Below, piece after piece: positions 40,481-52,240 of a stretch of DNA of 64,000 nt. The stretch lies in contig JAQGDQ010000078.1 of the NCBI GenBank assembly GCA_030141605.1, positions 62,001 through 126,000 on the forward strand, written 5' to 3'. Position 1 is the first letter of the stretch. Each line of letters starts with the position of its first letter. Both the position numbers and the translations under genes were made by a program. A model generated the notes under the pieces. The model saw only the letters and a list, made by a program, of their open reading frames with translations, did not search any database and was not told the DNA's origin. Origin of the DNA: Tubiluchus corallicola (taxonomy: Eukaryota; Animalia; Priapulida).

Positions 40481-40830
40481 TCAGAAAATACACCACAAGT
40501 AGTTATTAACACTAATTGTTTATAAAATCATTAAGCACGCATTGGGTTAACTTTCAAGATCTTAGCTATATTCAATGGATGTCAAGTATGTTTGTCAGTT
40601 TAATTTTCATTTTGTTTTCTTAATTAGTAATTTTACTGTTTCTTTTAATTTAGTTCTCAAATCATCTTTTTGTACTCTTTATTTTACTGACATTGTACAC
40701 CTTTATTTTATACGTAGTTTTTATCTGTAATTTTTATTAATGTATCTTTCTGTACAGCTGATGAAGTCCGAGAAGGACGAAAGCTTCTGAAAAAATTGAG
40801 ATTTATGGGCATTTTGACTTCTTTTACGAT
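40481..40830 (+). mobile_element. Penelope-like element 3' remnant
   Basis: Decayed ..FIKSLST..GL(N) end resembling a GIY-YIG C-terminus (~40517-40552), T-rich 3' region, then the hammerhead motif. Flanked on both sides by (CCTTA)n. Confidence 0.55.
40755..40789 (+). ncRNA. Minimal type-I hammerhead ribozyme motif (Penelope-type)
   Basis: CAG-CTGATGA-A-GTCC-GAGAA-GGAC-GAAA-GC-TT-CTG: conserved CUGAnGA and GAAA boxes, 4-bp stem II, 3-bp stem I (CAG/CTG), palindromic AGCT in place of helix III. Confidence 0.7.
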
Positions 40831-40990
40831 TATTACCTTTCCTTCCTCACCTCACCTTATCTCACCTTGCCTTGCTTTAACTTATCTTAACCTTGCCCTA
40901 CCTTACTTTACCTTACCTTACTTTACCTTACCTTAACTTACCTTACTTTACCTTACCTTACCTTACATTACCTTACTCTGCCCTACTCTG
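40831..40990 (+). repeat. (CCTTA)n pentanucleotide array
   Basis: ccttactttaccttaccttactttaccttaccttaacttacc... Confidence 0.92.
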
Positions 40991-41104
40991 TATTGTATAT
41001 AATATAGCTTGTAATTGCTCTGCAGCTTTCAGACCCGCCTTACCTTAACGTTTCATGCATCTCTTATTTGGTATTTATGCGTTTTCCAATTAAAATTGCC
41101 TTTT

Positions 41105-41335
41105 AAGATAAGAGGTAGTGCAAGTAGTGTAGGGTAAGGCAGAATAGATAGTGTAGGGTAAGATGGGATAGAGTAGAGTAGGTTATATAGGGACGGTAAG
41201 ATAGGGTGAGGTAGGTCGACTAGGCTAGGTAGGGTAAGGTACACCAGGCTAGATTAGGGTCGGGCAATGGATGCCAGGCTAGAGTAAGGTAGGGTAAGGT
41301 AAGGTAAGGTAGGTAAGATAAGGTAACATAAGATA
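41105..41335 (-). repeat. Degenerate (TAAGG/TAGGG)n array, reverse complement of the CCTTA arrays
   Basis: agagtaaggtagggtaaggtaaggtaaggtaggtaagataagg. Confidence 0.88.
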
Positions 41336-42181
41336 ATAATATGTTTTTACTTGAAACTATTAGTGTCTAATTATAAAACAATGTTTCCATAATGTTCCAG
41401 AGTGATTAGTGAAACAGTGAAATTATTAAAACATAATAAAGCAATTTATGTATTAAAAATCAAATAAGCAATTAAAATGGGCAGTGCCAATTCACTGAGT
41501 GTGTTAATTAGTGACCTGTAATAAGCAGCATTGGGTTTCCCAATTGTCAGGCTTCAATTACATTGTTGACTAGAAGAATATGACGTCAATAACATTGGTC
41601 TACGCAATACAATTCTAGTCAATAACTGCACTAAAATTAATTAATTAATTACCAGTTTATCTGTCTGCATGCCACCCATTAATAATTAACAATACGATGA
41701 TGCAATAAGCATCTCAATGGAGTAGAAATCCATTATTTATATTACGGTCGAATTGTGAATACATTTGCAAAGCTTCGGCTACTACACTGTCGATCGTGTG
41801 TAAAAAGACAGTCGGGCACGGCTTTAGTAACTTTAAAAGTGTTAATTAATGCAACGGCAATTATTGGGCTTCCATTCGTGAATACAATCTTTGCACACTC
41901 GTGATTATAAAACCGATAAAGCGTGAAAAAAGTATGCGACTAGTTTGCAAAATTTGACGAGTTTTGTTCGAAAGTAGCTCAGTTTTGCAACTCATGTCCC
42001 CAACCCTCTACTTTTTCTTTCTGCCTACCCCTTTCTATCTCTCTCCCACCGTATCCCTCCCCCTTTCTCTTATTCACAGTGGTGTGTTGTTCAGTTGTGC
42101 ATTTTACTTATGTCCTTGTTTTTTCAGGCCAAAATAAAGATGAGTTATTCATAGAAGAGAAGTTAACACTAAAACATCAAA

Positions 42182-45100
42182 ATGATTTCGTGGAGCGGGA
42201 AACCGCCTCCAAACAAAAGCGGATTCTTTGCATTAACCGTGACCTTAGCCATAGCTTTGTTTGTGGATATGCACTTTTTTACTTTTTCAAACTGCCAAAG
42301 TGCAAACTGGCCAGATGTTGTCGGTTGCTGTGCCGCCCGGGGTGTATCATTTGAATGTCAGGTGAAATTATGTAATCTTTCTCATGTACCTGTTGATCCC
42401 ACAGGTAAAAAAGAAGTTGTTGACTGCGCTATAGATTATTTTGAAGAAGCTCTCACCTGCTACACGGACAACAGAGACCATTCAAGTTGCTGCAAAGCAA
42501 GACAAGTCCTAGACCAATGCATGCCTTATTGTAGCTTGCAAAACGTGACTCCAGTGTTAGAATGCTACGAACAGTTCACAGATATTATTGACTGTTGGCA
42601 AGAAAATTACGATATAATTCCGGGACCCCCAGTTAATGTTCGAGTTTATAATACATCTAGTTTTTCTGCAGTCTTAACATGGGATAAGCCAGTGGAATTG
42701 GGTGATACTGTTACATCTTATAATTTGTATGTTGAACAACTTGTAGAAGGGTTTAACCTTCCGTCGGTTTTGCGAAAGAATGTGACGTCGCCTTATTTAC
42801 TGAGCGGACTTGTTGCATCGTCAGACTATCAGTTTTATCTAATTGCTCACAATAACAAAGGCAAAAGTTTGCCTTCAGAAAAGACATCAATCCTAACTAA
42901 ATCAATGGAACCGTTTGGAAACGATACAGTTGCTATGATCCCGGTCCTTTCGTCTGACATTTTACCAGAATCCGGCAGAGAAGACGCTGAGGTAGTAGCA
43001 TTTATCGGACATAATGTCACTGCATGTTGTATATCGAAAAACATTTCTGGTGATTGCTTTAATTTATGCAATCACTCGGCCATGGCAAGTGACATACGAC
43101 AGTCCAGGAAAAAATGTCGGGACAAAATGGATGATCTGTTTGAATGTTGGGCGGATGGTCGAAATCATTATCCATGTTGTGAAAGAAGTAACATGCCAAC
43201 GAGGTGTGCCAGAATTTGCCAAGGTGAATTGATTCATCTTTTAAACAAAGTACGTTGTAACAATTACAGTGAAGTGATATTACAGTGTCTAAAAGAAGGA
43301 CTTGACATCTTACCAAGACGTCCAATTAATTTTGTGATAAGTGGCAGTAACGAGACGTCAGTTACAGTGAAATGGGATCCACCATTGACTAGCCCTGGGA
43401 ATATCACCAGCTATACTGTTTATGTTTACGATCCTGCTTTGGGCAGAGCAAATTCTGCTAAAAATGTGACAGTTTCATCAGATGTTTCACAGTATACCTT
43501 TTCAAATCTCGAGGAAGGAAAGCAATATAGTTTTAGTGTTCAAACATGGAATAGTTTTGGATCTAGTATTCCATCTTATGACATACGTGCATGGACGTTT
43601 AGCAATGCTATAAGCTCACAATCTGAGGTGCCGTCACCCAGAAACCTTGAAATGACATTTGCGAATTTGACTTCGCTAAATATTAGTTGGATTCCTCCTA
43701 AAAACATGCCACCAGACAAATATCGTTTATATTACAAAGCTGTTAATGCGGACAATAATTATGCGAGCCCTACTTTCACAATCCTTGAACTTCCAGGAAA
43801 CTATACAAATTTTACTATTACAGCCCTTGAAATTGATACAAAATACGAAGTTTTTATTACTTCTCTGAAAAATGGCACAGAATCTACTAAGCACGGTGAT
43901 CATATTTTCCCGCGCACTGCTGCGCCTAGTTTTCCATCTGCGTCCATAGTTATCAAAAAGCAAGGCGAAGCTAAGACACGATCAGAATATTACAGCAATA
44001 TTCTAACAGTGCCAGAAGGAACTCATGTGACGTTCACTTGTAGGGGGAGAGGCTTTCCAAAACCTAATGTCAGCTGGAGTATAGGAAATCAAACTATTGT
44101 GACTGGCTTTGAAGTAGTAGAGGTACCAATAGTCATCCGCCGTCAAGACACTGGCAAAGCAAAATGTATTGCAAATAATGGTGTCCTACCAGATGCTGTC
44201 CAGCCTCTAGCAGTAAGGGCTATCTTTGGCCCTGAAATTGAGCCGATTGAAACACAGTTGTTGAAAAAACTTGGACAGTCAGCAACGCTACAGTGCAGTG
44301 TAGAGAGTTATCCGCTACCACCCAATAATGGTGCTGGGGCAATAATATGGGAACATCAGCTGCGATATGGCCCTCAAAGCACTGAATGGGCGCCAATTCT
44401 GGAAGATGGAAGAAGATATATGGCTGTCCGCAAAACTGATTTAGCATACAGATTAAATTTTGTTTTAAGAATTAAGAGCATGTTTGACACAGACTTTGGA
44501 ATGTACCGTTGTCGCCTTGCTGGCAAGGAGAATGTAACCTCTGGTCTTATTTACGTTTATAATTCTGATCCATTGCCTGCAAAGGCTGTGACAGACATCA
44601 GTGCTTGTTGTGCGGCAAAAGGCGTAAGTGAATTATGCGTAAACGCCTGCAATTATGAATGGAAGCACCCTGAAGATCTTACACCCGAAATCTTAAAGCA
44701 GTGTATAATATCTGAAGATGATACGGATCTGGAGAAAATTCTAGTGTGTGGTGCTGATGGACACAACCACGAACCATGTTGTGCAGCGAAGAAAATCCCA
44801 GATATTTGCTTGCCTTTATGTCGTGGTGTTCTGCCACCTTACAGCCCAGAGCTAATGTCCTGTTTGCTGTGGATTTCCACTATAGTAACCTGTATGAAGG
44901 AAGGAAGTTGGACTCTGCCTGGACCACCGCGAAATGTTTATGGTAAACCTGTTCTAGATAACAGTGTGTGGTTGCACTGGGATTTACCCGAGAAGAATTT
45001 TGAAACTGTGCAATACTATCAGATTATCTACAGGAAAGTAGGAGCTAAGAACTTCACCAGACTTCACCAGAAAGTGTACGGGTACAGCAAGCAGATCAAT

Positions 45101-45610
45101 GGTTTAGAACCTAACACGGCATATGAATTTATGATTGAGGCCATTAATGACGTTGGCTCAAGTCTACCGTCGGATGCCATTGTTCTCAGAACGTCATCAA
45201 TAATAATACCAGACAAACCCTCGGGTAGAAAACAGCAACAGTACAGAAAAACCGAACTAGCCGTTGGTCTCGTTGTTGCCATTATTATTCTAACTGCTGC
45301 TGTTATCGTTGCAGTATATTTCTTTCGCAAGAGGCAAGCTCCAAAGAGTCCTTTGCCACCAATAACATTTGAAAATCCGGGATATAATGAAGCTGGTAAT
45401 CCCGACGAAACACAGGGTAACAATCCCACATTGCAAACTTCTGGAACAAGAGACGATGGCTGGCACCATCCTGCTCTTGTTGGAACTGGAGATAAGGCAC
45501 TCATCTTGGAGAATCAATATTCACCATCTGCAACAGTTACTGCAGAAACGGTTCCAAATGGAAAGCAGGACGACTACGGAATTAATGACGCTAATGCAAC
45601 CTACACCTAA
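42182..45610 (+). CDS. Single-pass membrane protein with DB modules, FN3 and Ig domains (Ig-like and fibronectin type-III domain-containing protein family), intronless CDS, 1142 aa
   Basis: Uninterrupted ORF. Hydrophobic N-terminus, then DB module 1 (CC.ARGVS..C...C...C.TDNRDHSSCC), FN3, DB2 (CWADGRNHYPCC), FN3, FN3, Ig (VTFTCRGRGFPKPNVSW...DTGKAKCIANN), Ig (LQCSVESYP...DFGMYRC), DB3 (CGADGHNHEPCC), FN3. TM LAVGLVVAIIILTAAVIVAVYFF followed by RKR; cytoplasmic FENPGY. AATAAA near 45676. Confidence 0.95.
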   Translation: MISWSGKPPPNKSGFFALTVTLAIALFVDMHFFTFSNCQSANWPDVVGCCAARGVSFECQVKLCNLSHVPVDPTGKKEVVDCAIDYFEEALTCYTDNRDHSSCCKARQVLDQCMPYCSLQNVTPVLECYEQFTDIIDCWQENYDIIPGPPVNVRVYNTSSFSAVLTWDKPVELGDTVTSYNLYVEQLVEGFNLPSVLRKNVTSPYLLSGLVASSDYQFYLIAHNNKGKSLPSEKTSILTKSMEPFGNDTVAMIPVLSSDILPESGREDAEVVAFIGHNVTACCISKNISGDCFNLCNHSAMASDIRQSRKKCRDKMDDLFECWADGRNHYPCCERSNMPTRCARICQGELIHLLNKVRCNNYSEVILQCLKEGLDILPRRPINFVISGSNETSVTVKWDPPLTSPGNITSYTVYVYDPALGRANSAKNVTVSSDVSQYTFSNLEEGKQYSFSVQTWNSFGSSIPSYDIRAWTFSNAISSQSEVPSPRNLEMTFANLTSLNISWIPPKNMPPDKYRLYYKAVNADNNYASPTFTILELPGNYTNFTITALEIDTKYEVFITSLKNGTESTKHGDHIFPRTAAPSFPSASIVIKKQGEAKTRSEYYSNILTVPEGTHVTFTCRGRGFPKPNVSWSIGNQTIVTGFEVVEVPIVIRRQDTGKAKCIANNGVLPDAVQPLAVRAIFGPEIEPIETQLLKKLGQSATLQCSVESYPLPPNNGAGAIIWEHQLRYGPQSTEWAPILEDGRRYMAVRKTDLAYRLNFVLRIKSMFDTDFGMYRCRLAGKENVTSGLIYVYNSDPLPAKAVTDISACCAAKGVSELCVNACNYEWKHPEDLTPEILKQCIISEDDTDLEKILVCGADGHNHEPCCAAKKIPDICLPLCRGVLPPYSPELMSCLLWISTIVTCMKEGSWTLPGPPRNVYGKPVLDNSVWLHWDLPEKNFETVQYYQIIYRKVGAKNFTRLHQKVYGYSKQINGLEPNTAYEFMIEAINDVGSSLPSDAIVLRTSSIIIPDKPSGRKQQQYRKTELAVGLVVAIIILTAAVIVAVYFFRKRQAPKSPLPPITFENPGYNEAGNPDETQGNNPTLQTSGTRDDGWHHPALVGTGDKALILENQYSPSATVTAETVPNGKQDDYGINDANATYT

Positions 45611-48251
45611 AACGCGCCATCTAGTTATGATTAAGTGAATTACATTAGTGTTATTAGTTTATATGTTTTATTTAAAATAAAAGCAAGTTTGTACATAGAG
45701 GATCTTTTATAACATAATTTAAAATTGTCCTAGAGTTAGTTTTTAAGTATCATGCTCATCTTTAGTGAAAAAAACGAATGTTTTACGGAATCTTGTTTCT
45801 TTGTCAGCGATGTGTACGAAGTTGATCAACATATGTAAAGCACAACGTCATTATAGCGGAAGATATGAAGTTCGGGACGCTGTGCCAGTAAATTAGTTGT
45901 GCTTTGTTTGCATATAAATTTCAACACCTAGACCCTCTAACCCAAAAACCTCTGAGAATTTTGTTCCTGGTTTCAGAAGGTGGCTATTTGCAATAAGAAA
46001 TTCCACTTGTAGATATTCTATTCTCTGGAGGCACTTACATGGCACGTAAACGTTTCGCAGGTGTATGTATGGTTCGTGCTCAGGTGTGAACGTGTGCTCC
46101 CATTTACTCAGATAAAAAAGGGTATCATACTCATCTTTTTAACTTGCAAGAAATTTTTTCAAGAAATTTTAGTCATTTATATTTATGTAACTAGCTTCCC
46201 ATTTGCTCATTTTTGTAGATCGCTAATAACTGTTGGCCATTATATAGTTGCTATTTTTATATAAGTTTTGCTATAGCTTCTATTATACAATGTTGCGTCC
46301 TAGTATATCAAATATTCCATTTTCACATAGAGCTTTAGGTTGCAAATAATTGTAACTATTAAGGGGTAATAAAAAAACTAAAAACCCGAAAGTGTAATAG
46401 GTTCAGTTATAGTTATGAAAGCTGTAAGGCAACACAGTAAGACATCAGTCATTCAGGACGACTAATATTTACAGGTTCATCCAGAGAAAACGTTCCCAAA
46501 TACTAATTCATAATTGTTCTATCTTGGTAGAGGCATTTATAAAACAAACCCACATGACCGTGTCTCCCTGTTTCTCATCCTTCTAAAGATCTACAAATTT
46601 TTCTCCAGCACATCTACCGGGTCTTGGACGGAAATTTATGGCTCTTTGGAAAAAGGAGAAGGCGGACTATACGATGATATGGATCTCTTTTGCAAACTCC
46701 TTTAAACTTTTGCCCCGTTACCAAGACGAAGGGTTGCTAGTTAAAATCATGCTATAATCTTACAGGATGACCCTGTACGCATAATCAATGACAAATTCTA
46801 AAGTCTTAAGAAGTAAGAGTTACCCATGCTGCTTTGGTTTTTGACTGCACAGCTATTTGACTGTTTAACGTCAAGGTTTTTTTATCTGATTTACTGTTTT
46901 GCCTTTAGCCTGTCTAGGCATGCGGATCTAGCGGGCGTGGGCTATATAAACTTTTTGGAATTATTTCGCTTTCTGAAACTGGGATGAATGGAGTGAGTGG
47001 GCTTTTTCAAATAAAGGAACAGGAAGCTTTTAAAAATGGTACAAACTAGGTCCAGCGCAAACTTGCTTTTGGTACTAAATAAATTTTTAACATGTTTTTC
47101 CCAGTAAATGGATTTTCTGATGGGTATCGTCTGTGTGTCTTTGATTACTTACCAGCAAATTGTTGATTTTGTAATAGTTTGAATAAACGCGTCTTAGATG
47201 TAGCCTGCCTGTAGAAAAAAAAACTGAGCAAATACGCAGCTGAAGCTAATATAGAATGCAGTCATCTTTTAAAGTATTTAGCATGTACTAAACAGGTCAG
47301 AATATATTTGAAAACATGTATTTATGTATTGTGAGAATATATCTTTATTAAAATTATACTTGCACAAAGTTGCAAAAGTTGTAAGTGCATAATTACGGTA
47401 GTTCTAATGTGAGGCTTGCCATGGTCATAAAAGAAAATGTTGAAATGCTCTGGCATCTTTTGGAGCTTTCTGCATCTTTTGGATATTTTTCGCATTTTAA
47501 TTTTACTTCGGGCCTTGAGCATTTGCTTCTAGACGTCAAGCAACCTTTTAACGCCCTCAGCTGTTAAAGGACGTTGCAACGCCACCCGTCCATACATTTA
47601 TCTGCTTGAGTGTACGTATATATGACGTTTAAGAATAATCAGATTTTTTTAAGTGTATATATTTATGATTTATATATTTATTAGTATAAACTATGACGGT
47701 ATCTCAGAGTAGCAACGATGGATGATCAGGCGACTAAAAAGGCATAATCGCTTTAGCTTAAGCCAGAACCAATTTGAGAATAAGAGTGGCATAGCAGTCC
47801 GTTATTTTGAGGCCCTTTGCAAACGAATAGTATGCATTATGACTTGTTTGTAAAAAAGTATAATTTGCGTTGTTAAGAACCGTAATTGAATGAAATGTCT
47901 GTGATGTCTTTAATTTTTTCATGCTCAGGCTGACGGCATGATCTTTATGCGATCTTAATCGTCATGCCAACCAGTTAATCTCACTATTTGTACCTTTTAG
48001 ATACCTCAAATATTATTTAGTAACCTAAATAGTCGGTATCAAAATATTGCATAATGACGTATTTAGTGTATGTGAAAATCTTAACCATTACGTGGATACT
48101 CTTGTAAAGTTTTTGCTACATAGTTGAACGTACGCATAAGTATATTGTGTGTTATAGTCGTTATCCATAAACATGAAACTTTTGCCATAATTTATAAGTA
48201 TAATCATCATTGCCTATTTTATTTTATCAGAATGTCAAAAAACTTTTTCCC

Positions 48252-48290
<39 letters not shown>
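48252..48290. repeat. (AT)n microsatellite
   Basis: Direct observation. Confidence 0.97.
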
Positions 48291-48292
<2 letters not shown>

Positions 48293-51099
48293 AGTAGTGT
48301 AAAAAAGAAGGAGTAACGGAATCGCTTGAAAATTAATACGCTGATGTTATAGACGTTTATGTATAAATATCGATAAATTTTAGATCAACTCCTTAGATTT
48401 ACCCGAAGATACAGAAGTTTTAATCACCAAACGAAAAAACAGATGCCGCAAAGAATTGAAAGCTCTGTGTGATCATAATTTTCACTGCAAATTAGAAGAA
48501 GACATTTCTTCTAATAACTGACACAGTCACTACTTTAAGGGGTATTTAACACGCAGCCATTTCTGTGTTTAGTTGCTTTGTAATCAAAAGGCTGTGTGCG
48601 GCCATTGTACACCTTCTCTTTAAGGGAATTCCAGATTCCGTAATCCAGAGGATTGAAAGTCCCAGTTTTTCCTGGCAACAAATCTTTATCATTCCTCTAT
48701 CTTCTGTCGCGAAGACCACGATGTAAACTGGTTGATTCTTTTTTCGTTACCATGTATTGAGTAAATTAAACGTCGACGTGGCTGTTTTTCAGTTGATGAT
48801 TATAGCTGTCAGTGTTTCGACATTTAATTTTTAACATGCAAAAGTTTTTTTGGCCGTAACTTAAAAACTACTAAAACTGTAAGCCAGTAACGTTTGCAGC
48901 AAAACGCTATTGTCTAGCAACATCAGGCTGTGAAATTTCAACTTTGTAGGTTACTTGTTCGTAATATTATTGAAGCCTAAACTTCGGCTCATTTTTTCTG
49001 CGTCACTCGATAGATATATAGGTATTTAAGTTAAATGTTTCGTTGTTCTTGCTTTTTTTGTGTACAGACCGTTAAGTACATGTGTTTCTTAAACAACTTC
49101 GCATAATCTTAATTTAGAATTGCAATGTTCACATTTTTCAATACATGCATCTACTGAATGTATGTATGATCATACATACATTATTGTGAATAATGCACCG
49201 TAAAACACTCCCAGTTCTGTCTAAAGCCCGGTTCATAAAGTTTTAGGTTTTGCGCTTTTATCAAAGTACTGAAATTTTAAAATGAAGTTAACGCAAAAGG
49301 ACTAAACTAGAAATAACTGGTGTAGAAATGAGCATTACATGTAATTATGAAGATTATGTAAACATTGCATATTTTGCCTAACCTATAGCTTACCTCAATT
49401 TTAATTTTCTCATTTTAATTGCATGTTAGAATTCCGTGCTCCTAATAAATAAGCAAATTACTGTATTTCAAACAAGCCATTTACTTCTACAAAATGTCTT
49501 TGTAGTATAATAGATGTAGAGAAAGTAGTGGCAAGTAGTTTATGTACCGTAACGTTTTAGTGCGATGATTAATGAAAAATTCCCCAATTAAAAGAAAAAG
49601 AAAAAACAAGACGTTACGAACTACCGCTGTAGTTTATCTTCAGGTAAAAGAAAAAAGAAGATAAGGTAACGCGAAATTACTAATATTAACTTTTTTTCAA
49701 TCTTTTATTATTATTAACTCTGTCTTGTTTCACTTAATGCATAAATACTCTGCATAATAAGTAGTAATAAAAAAGCATTTATAAGCTCGCTGTTAAATTA
49801 TAGGTCTTTACCAGCGAGCACCAATACAAAAGCTTGGTATCAAATTAGAATTCTTCTATATTTTCATATTATAGCTTTACTGGAATTATTTTGTAACAAC
49901 AGTTAGTTAGATTGTAATGTTTTACGCCTTGTAAACGCCGTCCTAAGCAACCTCTATTGTGATGGTATAAAATTTTCAGATTAAAATTATTTTATTCTAC
50001 GACTTTCTGTTTTTGTTAATGGTTTGCTTTTTTGATTTAATAAAAATTTGTTAGTTCTTTTGATTCGGAAAAGTAAAATTAAAGAACAACGATACACATT
50101 TTGCATAAAATTGTGGGGATACAGACATTCAGTTTTAAGTGAAAAAGTCATCGAAGATATGCATGTTTTGCATAATTAGCTCAAAATTCTAATCGTCTTA
50201 CAATACGCCTTTTGTTTTGAACTTTAGTGTGCCGAATTGTCTCAATAACTTGTACTCTGCGTATTGTTTGTTTTTTTGGTTGCCTTTTGCATAGTAATTA
50301 ACCGCAACTGGAAATGAGAAGTGCGGTCGTAGAACTGTAGATGTCTGAAAGCTGAAAGCACGTACACCGGGTAAAATTAATAACAAATTCGTGTGCAGGG
50401 AGGAAAAGTTTTTGTTTTCAAATTCGGAAGTAATGAATCTAACTAAAAAACTTGTTATTTATAAACTTGTGGTTTGCACCGTGAATGCATTTGGCATTTG
50501 AATTTTCGGACATGGAAAAAAAGCCGCTGCCGTCGCCGACAACAACGAGTACGTTTGGTTAGATCTATAATAATTTCTGTTTGTAGTTTAATTTTAGGCG
50601 AACAACATTTGATAAAACTAAGCTGTATGGATCAAACGGGGATATTTTAAACAATAATTATTATCGGGTTATTGTTATCACCATCGCCACCACCATCGTA
50701 GTCATTTAGATTTTAGATTTTATTTTTTTATTTATCACGAAAAGCAACGTAATTTCAATGATACGTAACAATAATAACAAAGTCGGATCGTCATCATCAA
50801 CACCGTTATCTTCAGTTTTGTAAGTGGTACGTGTTCTTGATGAGCTACTCGTGTTTTTCAACAACGTGCTATTTTTGAAGGCATGCATTTTCGTATTGTA
50901 CAAGACATTCGTTATTTCTCTAATTATTGAGACTCTAGCACATCAATCATGAAACTTATTATTCTCTCTGCTGGATTGTGAAAGCAAGTTGTATTGATAA
51001 TTTTGAGTCAGGAGTACTTCACTGAGTTGAAGCGAAATCTGGCCATTTGAGACTCTTTAGCTGCTGTCGTTTACAAAGGCTTTTTAAGAATTTTGAAAA

Positions 51100-52240
51100 G
51101 AGCTATTTGTGTAGAATGGAGTGTTGCAGTAAGGAAAGAGTCGATCTGAAATTTCTGAGAAAGTGCTTCGAGGAATTTGTATAAAAATTGACACTAGTGC
51201 ACAAATATACATTTCTGTAATTAGCAAAGGTAGAATTTCATGAAAGATGGGACTAACTAAGTTTGGATGCATGAAAATAAGTCGGCTAGAGTTGTTGAAA
51301 ATTTTAATTCATCGCACAATATTTGGCAGTGTTCACAATGCACAACAATCTAGGTATTAAGCCTAGATGAGAAAATGAACAACTTTCTACATTCATTACC
51401 ATAAAATAGATAGCGACAATTTTCTACCACAAAAGTTGTTGCATCGTTTGTACTCCGATTTTTTCCGAATCTGAAAATTTGTTGTTTGTATAGTATTTCT
51501 GCATTACCATTCACATATTTGATCATACATAACACTATTGCTTACAACAGTCTTTGACTATCGATTTAAACCTGTGCATTTGATATAATAATTTTACATG
51601 TATTTTATCATATTTTTTATTATTGATAAAAGATATTGAGATAAGTAAAAAAATTATTATACTTCTAAATGCGTACAACTTGTGCAATAAAGGAATTTTA
51701 TATATAGATAACTAACTAGACGTTACTTTGATTATCTGACTTTTGACAAAATCTTGAATTTAAGATTGCTGTCAAAATCCAGTTCCCTAATACGTACACA
51801 TACTTCTTCTTTTAAAATTTCTAAGATTTCTAATTTCGAGTCAATAAAATTCGAAAGCTAGAGCATAATGCAAGCAGGGTAAACGCTTGTGCACAAGAGG
51901 TTGTGTATTCAATGGTGATTTAATGGTAAACCTTATTTAGTTATGAGCAGTGACTTTTGTACCTTCGCAATTTTTTTTGCTTTCTGCAACTTTCGAGACT
52001 TAGTGTTTTTCGTAAAGACAACGTTTGGCTTTTGATGATTTTAATTTAATATAATTTAAAAATCGTAAGGCTTATGTACATGTACAAATGTTGTTTTGAA
52101 ATACGTTCCATGCAGAAAATGTAAAAGTCATCCAGCTGTGTCACGATATTCCAAAGTGCAGATAGGTGATGCGAGAGTTTGTAGGTGTTGTAATTAATGT
52201 TACATTTCTCGTAAAACGTTTATACTGTTTCTGCAAACAA
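51100..52240 (-). mobile_element. Cluster of decayed LINE RT fragments upstream of ADAM copy A
   Basis: ILYKQQIFRFGKNRSTNDA (cf. LY..QFGFRKNRST.DA) at ~51430-51510; LEYRDTA / MERI..N remnants at ~52090-52160; NFRS.LSLL..KILKK at ~51085-51155. Confidence 0.45.

Larger units (their letters stand above)
39300..42181 (+). other. Candidate non-coding first exon and 5'-UTR intron of the DB/FN3/Ig gene
   Basis: Donor CAG|GTATGG at ~39608. Long polypyrimidine tract ~42000-42075 with acceptors CACAG| (42079) and TTTTCAG| (42127). GC-box-like GGGCGTGG near 39343 and two TACGTCAT half-CRE sites near 39030-39050. The exon start is a guess. Confidence 0.5.

Noticed and set aside
40388-41335. Interstitial arthropod telomeric repeat
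   Set aside because: Unit is CCTTA/TAAGG, not CCTAA/TTAGG.
45064-45504. 146-aa minus ORF and other ORFs nested in the three long CDSs
   Set aside because: Antisense or alternative-frame shadows of real genes.
46043-46090. Second hammerhead-like motif (minus: CCTGAGCAC...GCGAAACGTT)
   Set aside because: Core deviates from CUGAnGA and stem II does not pair.
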